The notes below the pieces were generated by a model, which was not told the origin of the DNA, made no database searches, and saw only the letters and a list, made by a program, of their open reading frames with translations. From positions 2,976,001 to 3,040,000 of the forward strand of contig CM022666.1 of assembly GCA_012295275.1 (NCBI GenBank): DNA of 64,000 nt, given 5' to 3'. A program made the translations under genes and the position numbers. This document shows positions 41,741 to 55,971 of the stretch, in pieces; the first letter of the stretch is position 1; each line of letters starts with the position of its first letter. This DNA comes from Chrysomallon squamiferum (lineage: Eukaryota > Animalia > Mollusca).

Positions 41741-43368
41741 AGCGTTTGAGTTACAGTGACCAGACATTTTATATTTTCGAGCACTTTACACGGGTCGATT
41801 CGATCAAGTAATAAAAATGCCGTGTGAATGATCACAAAAATTTGAACTGCCTCTAACTTTGACTCGGCTATTAATCTGCAAGGGAAATTACACGAAATTG
41901 CTATTGATTATTTACAGTTTTGAGGTGTAAACTTTAAAACTGCGAAAACCTAGTTTATAGCACGAAATCAATGCCGTTATATTTGTTAATGTATCATTCT
42001 GTCTAATCTTACACACACAGACACACTCATATATTATGAATACTTATGCATATAATACGAGATAATACCAAACAAAAAAAAAATCACTATATAATGCCAT
42101 ACAGAGAGTATTAGAGACGTATATAAATATATATACTGCTAAAAAAAAAAAATAATAATAAAAAATGTCAGGCGTCCGAGTTTTAGCGTGTTCCATTGTT
42201 ATTCTTCATATTGCTTGTTATCGTTTCTATTTCTTTTCTCTTTTGTTTCGAGAATCGTAAAAGTATCGTATTATTTATTTTAACTACAAAAACTAGACGT
42301 TAAGATTAGCAAAAAAAAAAAAGAGTAAGAAAAAGCGAAACAATAATAAAATATGAGAGTTGCGTGCTTGATACAAATAGTTTCATTTCATACGCATTCA
42401 TAATTATAAAATATTGATTTTTAAATTGAAGCCTTTGGAAACAGTGAAATCGTGTTCGTTCTGTTTAAGAGTTTTGTAAGTACTTGGAAAACCAAATCGT
42501 TTACTTAATTTTTATTATAATTTTATTTCTCGACATAAATTTGTCTTGGTTATTAATTTTGTTTGTTTTTGTTGTTGTTATTGTTGTTGTTGTCAAACAA
42601 TAAAAAAATATTAAAAATAAACAAAAATATTGTTTTATTTTTTTTGTTTCCATTCTTCTCTTTCGATATTCTTTCCTTTTTCTTCGTTTTCATATGTCTT
42701 TTTCTTTTTCATTTTCGGTTGCTTTATCTTTTTAAATTTCTCTGAATTATCATGATCATAAACTTTATCATCATCATCATCATCGTCGTCGTTGTTGTTG
42801 TTCACAATATCATAACTGTCTGTCAGTCTAACCAGTCATTATTGTTACTATCTTCAACATCATCATCATCACTGTCGTCTTCATAATTATACTTTTTTTT
42901 CTTCTCTGTTATCTATATTAATACTTTTATCATTATTATAATCAACACCATGACATGATAATCATTACCAATATCATCATCACAGTTATTTTTAATATTT
43001 TAATCATCTCTTTCATCGTCATCATCATCGTTACCGTCATCCGTACATCATCTTCTATCATGGACTTCTTGGTCTTCATTTTCTCGTGTTTTCTGAGATC
43101 ATGTCTGCATAAATGAAGAAATAAAAAGCTTTACTTAGTTTTCGCTGAAATAAATAAAAAAAAAAAAAAAAAAAAATGGAGATAAAAAAAACACAGCAAC
43201 TACAACGACATCTCCATAATAGCAGGATCTCGTTTGCAGAAGCAATTTAGAAAATATTGATTTTAAAATGAAATCAGCAGAAAGAAGCAACTCACATCTT
43301 GTCATACAGAAATATTCTACTTTATTGAGATTAACTTTACAACATTTTTTTTTTTTGTTATTTGTATT

Positions 43369-43401
<33 letters not shown>

Positions 43402-44652
43402 CGTTTCGTTTCGTTTCTAGCGAAGAGAACATTTTTCATATCATTTTTCATCTTGTTCCGGTTTTGTGTTTTTTTTCTTCATCTTCCATTTTTGTTCTTC
43501 TTCGTCATATTTCTTCTTGTCAGTTTATACGTGCTATCGATGTTAGCATTTGTTTCTTTCTTGTTTTAAATGAAAATAAATGTAAAAAAGAAGAAGAAAA
43601 AACAAGAAAGAAGAAAAGAAAAGACTGAATATGGTTTGTGTTGTAGGTTGTAGCAATGTGGATAAATGATAACGGGTTTTGTCCTTCAGACTATGAGCTT
43701 TCAAATCGTCTGTGTTACTTATGGCAGTATAAACAATATTATTATTTAATTATGTTAACATCTTCAGTATTGTACTAAAATTAATAATAACAAGAGCAAC
43801 ATCATTATTGTTATATTGAAATGATAATGATGATTATAACAACAACAACAACAATAATATCCTTATTTATTATTATAATAATAATAACAATGATGATGAT
43901 GATGTTGTTGTTGTTGTTGCTGCTGTTGTTTTTGTTTTATTGTTATTATTATTATTATTATTATTACAAGAAGAAGAAGGACGATATTTTAAAAACTGAT
44001 ATCAATTTCACACGATATTACATCATCATTAAAATGATCATTAAATTTACGATCGAGAAATTAATTACAAGTCATTAAAAATGTTCTGAAATAGCCTGTC
44101 ATTTAACGCCGTTTTAGTATTATTACTATTATTATTATTTCGTTTCTTTTTTCAATCAAATTCACAATCAGTCTAGTTTCGTTTTTACCCAGCATGTCAA
44201 CGTGACCAGCCGCCATTTTGGATATGGAAAACAATTAAAAACAGTTAACGTCTGCTGCTACAAAAAAAAAAAATGTCATTTTATTCAGTTGTATTTTCAT
44301 TTTCGTATCTTTGCCATTACACGTCTTCCTTCTTACATTTTAATTTATTTTTTTTTTTTTTTTTTTTTTTTTCATAATTCAGAAATAAGAAAACCTTTTC
44401 TTTCTCGTAAAACATATAATCGGAATATATATTTTATGAGTGCTATTTTCCCCGCCGCTGTCTCTTTGAAGGTTAATGAGGTGAATCGAGGATAAGCGTT
44501 AAAAATTTCGCTTAGTCTCGATCAAGAACATTTTAATTGAAGAAAGGTATTAGGACGTTACCTTTTAAATAAGCGTCAAGTCTGAAATTATTTAATGTAC
44601 ATTTTATTTAGTTGAAAGAAGAGAAAGGAAAAAATGTTACTGTGTTTTTGGA

Positions 44653-44653
<1 letters not shown>

Positions 44654-44739
<86 letters not shown>

Positions 44740-45217
44740 TCAAATGCATTGCTACCATTCCTGAATCTGAAATAATTTATAAACATGCACACACATACGC
44801 ACGTATCTCTGAGGGATCGTAGCAAGGTATTTTGTATTTCTCTCTCTCCCAAAAAAGGACATAAAATGGCCAGGTAATATACAACTGTAAAATCACAGTA
44901 TTTTTTATTTATGGAAAATGTTGTCATTACTATTACTATTATTATTATTACTATTATTATTATTTTCAGAAACTATACAAACCTAATTAAATGAATAGCA
45001 GTTACAATACTAAAGAAATTGTATCCCCGTACAAAAGCAGCATCAGACGTAAAGATAATAGCACGATATTTTCTAAAAAAAAAAAAAAAAAAAAACCCAT
45101 CTAAATGTATAGCAGTAGCAATTACGTAGCAGCCGTAAATAAAATATTGACAATTTTTATGAAATGTGTAATAATGATCATATTGTTGGCCCAGACGGTT
45201 TATTATTGTCGATATAA
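44654..45217 (+). repeat. Left arm of a long inverted duplication
   Basis: Near-identical reverse complement of 49915-50500, for example CAAATGCATTGCTACCATTCCTGAATCTGAAATAATTTATAAACATGC and GGCCCAGACGGTTTATTATTGTCGATATAA. Confidence 0.95.
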
Positions 45218-46217
45218 CCTGTCTAGGTTTATAAATCATCAGTCCCGTTTAATAAACAGAAAAGCGTCTACGTTGCCGCTCGAATTAATATTGTTTTTTT
45301 TTTTTTTTTTTTTTTTTTTTGTGTGGCTTTTTTTAGCTCTCACTCCATTTCCCGCGCGAGCAACACCGAAATGGTACATTCCTTCCTGAGCATTGGCGAC
45401 CCCGTCTGAATTGATGTTAAACTGCATCAGTTATAGTCAGGGACAGCGGAAATCGATCAATATTAGGGGTGAGATAAATGAACTTTTGTGAATCAATCTT
45501 GCAAAAAAAAAAAAAAAAAAAAAAAAAAATGCAGTGAACGCGGTTTGTTGGGGCGTGATGGGGGGTGGGGGGGGTGGGGGGTGGGTGAAGTGTTGTTGTA
45601 TTTGAGTCAGACACAATTAGTGAAGAGTTCTGTGTGCAAAAGATGCAAATGTTCGTTACTGGTCTTTTTTTCTAAAAATATATTTTTTGAATTTTTTTTT
45701 TTTTAAAAAAAAAAGAAGAAGAAAAAAAAGGATATAATAATATTAGTAGTAGTAGTAGCAGCTGCAATGCTAACACTAGTAGTAAAATAGTGGTAATAAT
45801 AGTTGTAATAGAAGCAAAAGTAGTAGTAACAGTAGTAGTAGTAGTAGGTAACGTAAAATCCATAATAACAGTAGTAGTAATGATATGAATAGGAAACAAA
45901 ATAATTCAGTAATATTCTAACTGAAACCAAGAGACAATCTAATACCGTGAAAAAAAAAAAAAAAGACAAAAAAGTGCACATTACAGACATTTAATTATAT
46001 TAAAAATCGAAGAATAGTTATATTCTTTTAATATTAAATGTATTTAACTGATATTTTATTTTATTTCATATATGTTTGTTTTTTGTTTTTTTAACTGAAC
46101 ATTATAACTTATTTAGCTTTTTATTTAACTATCAGAGTTTTATTAATTTTTTATTTATTGTATATTTCTTATTATTTATTTATTTATTTATTTAATTTAC
46201 AGAACAGAATGAGATAG

Positions 46218-46266
<49 letters not shown>

Positions 46267-47470
46267 TATTTAATCATTCCGTTTGTCATTTTAATTTCAT
46301 ATTTCTCAAAATTAAATTAAATTTCCACATGAAAAAATAAATGCATTTATTCATCATGCATTTTATCGGTTTTTCAAAATTAGATTTTATCTGTCCGTGA
46401 TGAAGAAGATGATTGATAAATTAAGTATACTGAAATGTCGCGTTATATTCCAAAAATATCCTTACAGTAAATTAGACGTAAGTATTGGCAAAAGTAAAAC
46501 AAATTAGAACGGAAGACGCAAAGACAGACGGAATCTCCGATTACATTTCAATTAATGTTTCAAACAAGACATCAAAAGTCACGAAAAATGTGGAAATAAA
46601 TAAAAAGATTCAAAAAAAAGAGAGCGAGAAAAAGAAAATTATAAACTGAAATAGATTAATCATTTCCGGACATTTTGAAATAAGTAAACTGAACAGAAGA
46701 AACAAAATGGATTGATTTGTAGAAGACAGACGAAAAGATTGAAGAAGGAAGCAAAGACGAAAGAAAAGAAATGAATAATGTGATGATTTTTGAAAATATG
46801 TATGTGTGTATGGGGTGTATATATGTATGTATGTATGTATGTATATATATGTAAAAATATATATAATTATTAATGTGTATATAGATGTATGCATGTGTAT
46901 GTGTATATATGTCCATGCGTATGAATGTATATCAGTGGATGGATAAGTGCCTATTTGTGTTCATTGTTTATTATACATGTACAGATGAAATAATTATACA
47001 TGCATATATTCATGAATAATTAATTTACGTATATACACACATATAATATATATATTATTACACTTACATACGTACTCACACACCCATCTGTACCATCCTG
47101 TCGATTTAAAATGTGATAAGACATCCCATACAAACTTTCAGACATTAGATTTAATATTCTGTGAGATCGGTTCTCTCACTCAGTGCTATTTTCCTAACAC
47201 TTTCACACGGACAGTTAAACTTTATCACGCCAAGTTTAACAAATACGGTAATATAATTATGACCCAACTGACCAAAGGCTCAGACTGTTTTGTGTCCGTC
47301 TGTCCGAGAAAGGTCAGCATTCTGTGGTCTGTTGGTCAAATTCCAGGAGTAAGTGGAAATTACTTTATGTTTGTCAAAACACAACAAACTGTGGTCTGTA
47401 TCAGCTGCTTGCTTCAGTCAGAAGAAAGGAAAAGTGTTGTCTAATGCAGGGAGAAAATGTTATCTATACG

Positions 47471-47506
<36 letters not shown>

Positions 47507-48654
47507 CACGAATACATGTGTTTATGTAGACATGTGCATCTGATTGTCTATGTATATATGTTAAGTATGTATGTATGTATGTGTATGTATGTATATATGT
47601 ATTTATGTATGTTTATATATATATATATGCGTACACATACATGTATGTATATGAATATATAGGTATACTTGTGCGTGTTTTTGGATGCGTGGATGTCTGC
47701 ATATTTTTATCAGGTTTATAAATACATAGAAATGTCTAAAACAATAATGACAACAACAAAACATTAATGATAACAACAAATCAATAATGACAACAACAAA
47801 ACAATAATGATAACGATGGCGATGAGAATGATTGTGATATATCCAAATATAAATGTAAAATAATAATAACAGTAATAATAAAATAAAAAATAAAATAAAA
47901 TAAAATAAAATAAAATAAAATAAAATAAAATAAAATAAATAAATAACATTCAAGAGTTTTGGTTACGAAATCAAACAAAGAAAAACCTCTGAGGACTTCA
48001 TAAAACTGTCTACTGCCAACAAGAGATAAAAATCTTTAATATCAAACAATATTCTAAAAAACCCAGCATGTAATCGAAAAATAAAACTCTCCTAAGAAAC
48101 CGAGTGAAGCATTTTCGGAAATTATTTGTTAGACGAAATCAGCAGAAGAAGGGAAATCTTAGAAATTTTGTTTATTCATTTTATTTGTTTCTGTTTTTTC
48201 TTTTAATTTTTTTTTTTTTTTAGACACTATATTTTTAAAAGTTATTTTATATTTATTTTTTGAAATATTTCCCTTTTATTTTATTTATTATTCATTTTAG
48301 AAAATTCAGTAACAAATAACATATGATTATTGTTACACATTCGCTTGTTGATCGAAAACTGGAAAATGCCGCAAGGGAATTTACCGAATATCATTTTTTT
48401 TTTTATTATCACGTGATTTATTATTTTTATATTTTATATAAAGAATTTCTGGGGGATAAAAAGGAAAAATATTTTTACTGGTCTAATTAGAATTATTTTC
48501 TTTTCGTTATTTATTTATTTATTTAAAAGAATTAGAAGATTTAGAAAAGAGGAATTAAATCATTTTTTTCTTTCTCTTTATCACTTTCTCTCTCTCTCTT
48601 TCTTGGGTAAAATAAAATAATAATTACAACAGTTATGAGAATATGAAGAAGAAG

Positions 48655-48685
<31 letters not shown>

Positions 48686-49114
48686 TGGAATAAAATAAAT
48701 CTAACACCATCTTCAATCTTTTTACTCGTAATTTAAATATGGCGTTACTTCATCTAAAATAAAAATAAAATAATCATCGTACAAGCTGTGTCAGTAAGAA
48801 TAAGAAGAAGAAAAAGGAAAATCTGGAATAAAGTCCCTCTTCTTGATCTTAATTATAATTTATAGCAGGATGTCTGAATACAAGAAACTCAAGTACGTCT
48901 CTCGTGCACAAACTATTCTCTTTAACTGTTTCGCCCTTTTCCGTACAACTTTGAGTTTAACGAAACCAGCAATATCACACAAACACACACAATGATCTCC
49001 TTAATTGTTATTTTCCATAAAAATTCATCTCAATTAAACTGGAGAAAACCCACACAGTCATAACCGTATCTTCACAACGCCAATAATGTGCAGTTATTTT
49101 GTTATTGCCGTAAA

Positions 49115-49220
49115 TGTACTTCCGATTTTCGCGGACATAAAAGGCAGCAGACAAGAAAGCACGTGGCGTTCGCGCGCAGACTCACTTCCGCGCGGACTTC
49201 CGGGCCAAACGAGGTAAAGA
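49115..49220 (+). promoter_or_regulatory. CpG-rich promoter-like element with a plus-strand donor
   Basis: E-box CACGTG (49160), tandem ETS CACTTCCG (49183) and ACTTCCGG (49196), CGCGCG runs, then GAG|GTAAAG at 49213/49214. A good acceptor tttttactcttttag| follows at 49485. Confidence 0.55.
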
Positions 49221-49244
49221 GCTGTAAACACAGTACAGATAGTC

Positions 49245-49275
<31 letters not shown>

Positions 49276-49845
49276 TATTCAGACAGTAATCATTAAAGGA
49301 GAAAAAAAAAAAAAACAATGGTGTCAATAGAGCTAGACACCAGAATGATAATAAAATAAAGATAATAATAAAATAATTATTATCCTTCGGTGTTTTATAA
49401 TGGTCTCGAACGTATGCGACACGACAATGGTAACAATAAAATATTGATCATGAAAACAGTAATAATTATCTTTTTACTCTTTTAGATCGGTGTCAGAAGG
49501 GCAGTGTAGAATGGCTATCATACAGCTGATGTTGATAACGATAACGATGATTATGATGGTGATGATGGTTGCAGTATTACAAAAATGAGTCTTCTGTTTC
49601 TGAAAAAGTGAAAAGGTCTGTGCATTATGAACACGTATCGGATTCTAATACGAATTATCTCAGAAAAAAAAAAAAAAAAAAAAAAAAAGAAAGAAAAAAC
49701 TGTCAGTAGTGGTAGTAATAATAACAAATTCTATATTTGTTCTTCAAAGGCCAAATCCGTAAATTTATCACTTAAAAACAATTCTTCAAACCTGCTAATA
49801 GTTATGTAGAACCGATTTTTGAAAGAATATTGTTAAAATAAAATA

Positions 49846-49876
<31 letters not shown>

Positions 49877-49914
49877 AATAAATAAATAAATAAATATTCA
49901 AATTTGGAGTCTTA

Positions 49915-50167
49915 TTATATCGACAATAATAAACCGTCTGGGCCAACAATATGATCATTATTACACATTTCATAAAAATTGTCAATATTTTATTTACGGC
50001 TGCTACGTAATTGATACTGCTATACATTTAGATGTTGTTTTTTTGTGTGTTTTTTTAGAAAATATCGTGCTATTATCTTTACGTCTGATGCTGCTTTTGT
50101 ACGGGGATACAATTTCTTTAGTATTGTAACTGCTATTCATTTAATTAGGTTTGTATAGTTTCTGAAA

Positions 50168-50216
<49 letters not shown>

Positions 50217-50416
50217 GCAGTAATAGTAATAACAACATTTTCCATAAAAAAAAAAATACTGTGATTTTACAGTTGTATATTACCTGGCCATTTTATATCC
50301 TTTTTGGGTGAGAGAGAAATACAAAATACCTTGCTACGATCCCTCACAGAGATACGTATGTTTGTGTGTGCATGTTTATAAATTATTTCAGATTCAGGAA
50401 TGGTAGCAATGCATTT

Positions 50417-50500
<84 letters not shown>
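49915..50500 (-). repeat. Right arm of the long inverted duplication
   Basis: Reverse complement of 44654-45217. Differences are mainly microsatellite or homopolymer lengths plus a few substitutions. Confidence 0.95.
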
Positions 50501-50831
50501 ATACACACATAAAATGGCGGCTTCCATTTAAATAATTATGTCAGCATTACGAACACGATCCATCCTGTAAAAACAAATCTCGAGGATGAACGTCTGAGCT
50601 TCTTCGTGGGTTTATTAGTTTAGATTTCGTACTTTTAAAACGAAATAAGAGCAAAATAAAATAACCTGACACCTTCATCTGTCTTTGTCAAGGAAAAATG
50701 CTTTCTGTCACACACTAACAAAATATCGAATTTCAGTGAAATCTGACAGATATATACGTCATCAAAAATGATCTATAGTGCGCTACAAAAGAAATGCCAC
50801 ACACTGAAATCTACCCATTCGTTAACAATAG

Positions 50832-50910
<79 letters not shown>

Positions 50911-53414
50911 ACATAATATATGTATGTATGTTTATACATATATATCCATTAGTTATCGTTTTGTTTCTCTCTCATTTGTCAACTCTTTTTCCCTATTTCC
51001 TTTCGTTACTTCTCTTTCTCGTATACATCAGATTTATATTTCTAACAAGTAAACGTGAAAATGCATTGCCTGTATTTTATAGCGCATCTTTATTTTCAAA
51101 ATTATTAAACTGCAAATTTCAATACTTTTATTTTTATGGTCATTATATAAGAATAATTTGAAAACGGATCTTTATTACCATCCCTTTTTAGTGTTTTATC
51201 TTAGTATGACATTTCTGCGGTAAATTACGTGATTAAATATGACAAAAGTCGAAAATACGAAATGGATTTATCCTTGAGCAATTCGAATAAGAGTTTACGA
51301 TCGAGAAGTATAAAAACGATGATGTTACGTAAGAAAATGTAATAAGGCAGCAGCTCAGCATTTTGCAATGTGATCATCCTTTATTATTAGAAAAGATTAT
51401 TCTCTAGTAACAAATAAAAAAAAATAAAAAATCATTTGGACACATACAAAATATATTTAGGTAAATTCTTCTGTTCACTATATTGATATATTATGAAACT
51501 TATTATTATTTGGAAATAGAGAAAATCCATTTATACCGAGGTTTTTTTTCTTTCGTTTCTTTTTTCTTCTTTTCTTCTTCCTCTTTTTATTTAACCTTTA
51601 AGATACAGTTAAATCAAAAAGTAACCACAAAACCAGATACACTTGTTTTTATTTGTTTGCAGCAAGTGATCTTTCATTGTTACTGTCAGAGAATTGTCAA
51701 ATTTCCACATGTGTTGTACTTGCTTACCTGCAGTAAATAACCTTTATTATTTACCTTGCAGTGATTTATTGCTTACTTATTTGTGTTTTAGGCTTGAAGC
51801 GACTTCTATAGCAAGGTCGGTAACTCTAGCTGGATAACTGTTCTGTAATTATAATCATCCCGACAGACAGCAATAACAATAACAACAACAACAACAACAA
51901 TAATAATAATCATCATCATCATCAACATCATCATCATCATAATGTATGAAAACAGTGTCTGTCCGCACTTCTGGAAGATTTTCCTTTAGGAAAAACTCTG
52001 TTCCTTGTTCCGCACTAATACGAAGAAATACTTTTAAAGAAACCATCTACCGGTGTTAACCATAAATTATTCCGGTTGACTTCAACAGAAACGACGCGTA
52101 AGCGATGTTGACAAGACGTTAGTGTATGAAGGAACAAACGTCTGGGAAGAAAGGCAAGAAAGAGAAAGAAAATGCAATTCTGCAGTAAAAGACTGAAATG
52201 AAGTGGTTTTTTGTTAGCGCGATGAATTATGACGCGACAGATTCTTCGTGTCGCGGTGTGTTTGTAAGTGTGTTAGGTAATACCGTGGATTACCTAACTT
52301 CGTTTATGGATTCAGGATTGAAAAAATAAATAAATAAATAAATAAATTTTAAAAAATGATAATAATAATATGTCACTACATTTTTTATTATTATTATTAT
52401 TATTATTTTAGTTGTTGTTGTTGCCGCTTATTTTATTTTTATGATTACGAGGTTAATCATTCGCCATCACTTTTATTACTTGCGTAATTCTTTAACCGCT
52501 TTGTTTTTGTTTTTTTTTTTTTCATTAATTTATTCACCATTTACTTCTCTTCTTTGTTTTTTTTTTATTTATTTATTTATTTATTTATTTATATTTTCGA
52601 TTAACATTTAAGTACCTGTATTACGAGTGTGAATATATGTGTGTACTTGTGTATGAATATGTATCTATCTTTACGTATGTTTATAAGTACGTACGTATAC
52701 ATATGTATAGGTAGGCCTATCTGTGTAAGTATGTGCGTTTGTGTGTAGATGATATTATCATACAAAATATATTTCCTAGATATGTGACTGTCAAAATATC
52801 TTATTTCTGCATCATTTCATAAATCTTCTTTGCGCATGTTCTCCTGCGCATCTCAATTCTTCTTCTTACATTCTAAAGATAAACAGAAATTTACAGCGAC
52901 CTCTCCGTCCAGTCTTTCATTAAATAACACGAACAAAAACACGAAGCCAAACGGCAACACGAAAAGCCATTACAGACTATTAGCAACAGAAGTACGATAG
53001 AAATCGAGCAGACGACACGAGTTAAAGACTGAGATCCCAATCGCCTGCAGCCTGTACAAAGAAATCGATCGAAAGATAGTATTTCCCTTCTGTACAAACA
53101 CAACAAGTAATTGACGAGAATCGCATATGAAACCTCAGAACTATAACCATCATCTTTTTTAAAAACATTTCAGAAATTTATGCGCAGAAGATAAATATAA
53201 AAATAAAATGGCAGCTAGATTTAAAAAAAAAATAAAAAAAAAAAATAAAAAAAGTGTTTTTTTTTGTTTTTAAATAGAATAATAAAAGATTAAAAAATAA
53301 TAATAAAAAAAAAAAAAAAATTGGTGGTTTAAAGGTCTTATTAATATTTTTTTATTTTATTTTATTTTATTTTATTTCATTTTATTTTATTATTTCTTTT
53401 TGTGTGAGGGTTTT

Positions 53415-53470
53415 GTAATGGCGACGGAGAGGATTAGAAAAAAATGGCGTTATTTCCGGGATCGTGTTTT
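53415..53470. promoter_or_regulatory. YY1 + ETS motif pair
   Basis: AAAATGGCG (53441-53449) next to TTTCCGG (53453-53459), with a second AATGGCG near 53417. Confidence 0.3.
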
Positions 53471-54433
53471 CATCCACTCTAAAACAGTGGAGCCTGACAG
53501 AAAATAAATACTCGATAATGCCGGATTATACCTCAAATAATATTAGATGGAGCATTAGAGACGCCTGAGTCTTGAAAATTACCAAAGTAATTTGGCTGTA
53601 AAGGAAATTTGAATTATGAATGATATGCGATTTTGTTCTGCTCGCTCAAAATTTGTTTTTGAGCAAGTTCATCAGAGTACGTATGGATAAACATATAACT
53701 TTTTTGTCTAAGCTTCAGATATAATTAAAATGGAAAGTTACTTTGTTGGGTAACGTCAAAGCTTTTAAGACGGGCTGGTTGTCGGTAAAAGAGTTCGGTG
53801 AAATGAACTGGAAATGTTCATGGCTAATTTCACTAAACTTTTCCAATAGCTGCATCGGAGTGATAAATGTATAAAATATTGTAGTCTGGATAACACCGTG
53901 TGATATGTGCAGCATTCATGAATGTAACGAAAATGACGAAAACTTTGCTGAAAAGCGGAAAGCCAACGATTTATCGTTTTGTCTGCTTGGCTTTCAAAAT
54001 TTTATATTTATTGCTGAGGTAGTTGTTGTTGATTATCCTGATGACGATGGATCGACTAATTTGTTTCAATCATCATCATTATTATTTTGCTACTGTTATT
54101 ATTACTACTTCAGTTGTCGTCTGCTACTATGTCTGTTAATGCTGTTGTTGCTATTTCTACTATAACCTCTACTACTACTGCTATTGCCTTTTTTACTGCT
54201 TGTGTTACTGCTGCTGCTTCTACTGCTACTGCTGCTGCTACTACTACTGCTACTATTGCACCCATTGTTTTTATATTATTTAATAATGCTGTTATCCTGA
54301 TAATAATAATAACAATCATTCTGTTAAGTCATTGTCATCATCAATATTATCATCATAGTCATTATCGTCACCGTCATCATCAACAAAATCATCATCATCA
54401 TCACCATTGGTGTTGTTGTTGTTGTTGTTGTTG

Positions 54434-54468
<35 letters not shown>

Positions 54469-54923
54469 AATAATATTCCAGTTTGACTCGCATGTACAAC
54501 ACTGACCCATTACTCTGGCCAAACCTGCTGAACAAATTGCTTTTGCCGTGACGTCACAAGTCATCTTCTTTAGACATGCAATATTCCATTTAACTCACGG
54601 CTATTCTCTATCATGTTAGATGCTCGAAAGATTTTTCTTCCGACATCAAATTACGTCTTATACATAAAATGCCAATAGCCGAGGCTATTTTTACCATCAG
54701 CAGTCGCTGTAACCTTTCGGAAGACCAAACTGGAGATTTTTCAATTTACGTAAAGTGTCGATGTTAAATGAAAGCTCATCGCTTGTCGAATAAAACGACA
54801 GAAATAAAGAATAACTCGCAAAGATGTTAATATTCTCAGCACTCACTGACGTTTAAAAATCTACACTTTTTTTTCTTCTTAATTTTCTTCTAGTATTCGT
54901 TCTGCGGTCGTGATGGGAAATTC

Positions 54924-54974
<51 letters not shown>

Positions 54975-55631
54975 TTTTTCTGTTCGTTTATTTGCTAATT
55001 TAGTTATTTGGTAATAATTTTTTTTTGTGTTTATTTTGTTTGTTTGTTTATTTATTTGGGATTTTTTTTTTGTTTTGTTTGTTGGCTTGTTTATTATTCT
55101 GTATAATTTATTCACATTTGCATATTAGCGTATTTCTTCATTTATTTATTTGACTGTTATAATGTTATGTATGTAATTATTTATTATTATTATTATTATC
55201 TATTTATTTGGTAATTTATTATAATTATATTAGTGATGGATGTTTTTACATATTCTTGTAGCATATGGAGAAAAGTGTACAGATAGAGAAACAGACAGAC
55301 AGACATACAACCAGACAGACAGAGAGATAGATAGATAGTCAGATGATAGGTAGGTAGGTAGATAGATAGACAGACAGAGAAACAGACAGACAGCCAGACA
55401 GACATATAAATAGAGACATAGATAGATAGATAGATCGATAGATCGATAGATAGATATATAGATATATAGATATAAAGTAGGTACATAAAGATAGATGGAC
55501 AAAGGGAATGCGGAGGGAAGAAAGAAGCAGGTAAAGGAAAAAGAAAAAAGGAAAGACAGAAAGAGAAAGACAGAGAAGGAAGAACAAAAAGAAATATATA
55601 TTGTATTTCATAAATGATTTGAAAAAAAAAA

Positions 55632-55668
<37 letters not shown>

Positions 55669-55768
55669 ATAAAATTGAATCTATATTTGTAATAACATTT
55701 TCTCTTCAACAACTGGAAAATAAAGATCAAATGTTTCCTGTGATGAACATTTTAAAAATCCAACAATC

Positions 55769-55832
<64 letters not shown>

Positions 55833-55932
55833 CACACACACTTACGAATATGCACGCATACATTAACACACACACACACATAAAAACATACAGATATACA
55901 TGCATGAAGACATGCATACAGACAAACAGAAA

Positions 55933-55971
<39 letters not shown>

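Noticed and set aside
47259-47444. 61-aa ORF or possible miRNA hairpin in the inverted-repeat spacer
   Set aside because: The peptide is unrecognisable and the pairing is too interrupted for a pre-miRNA.
44654-50500. Autonomous TIR or Foldback transposon
   Set aside because: No TSD, the termini are microsatellites and there is no internal transposase ORF.
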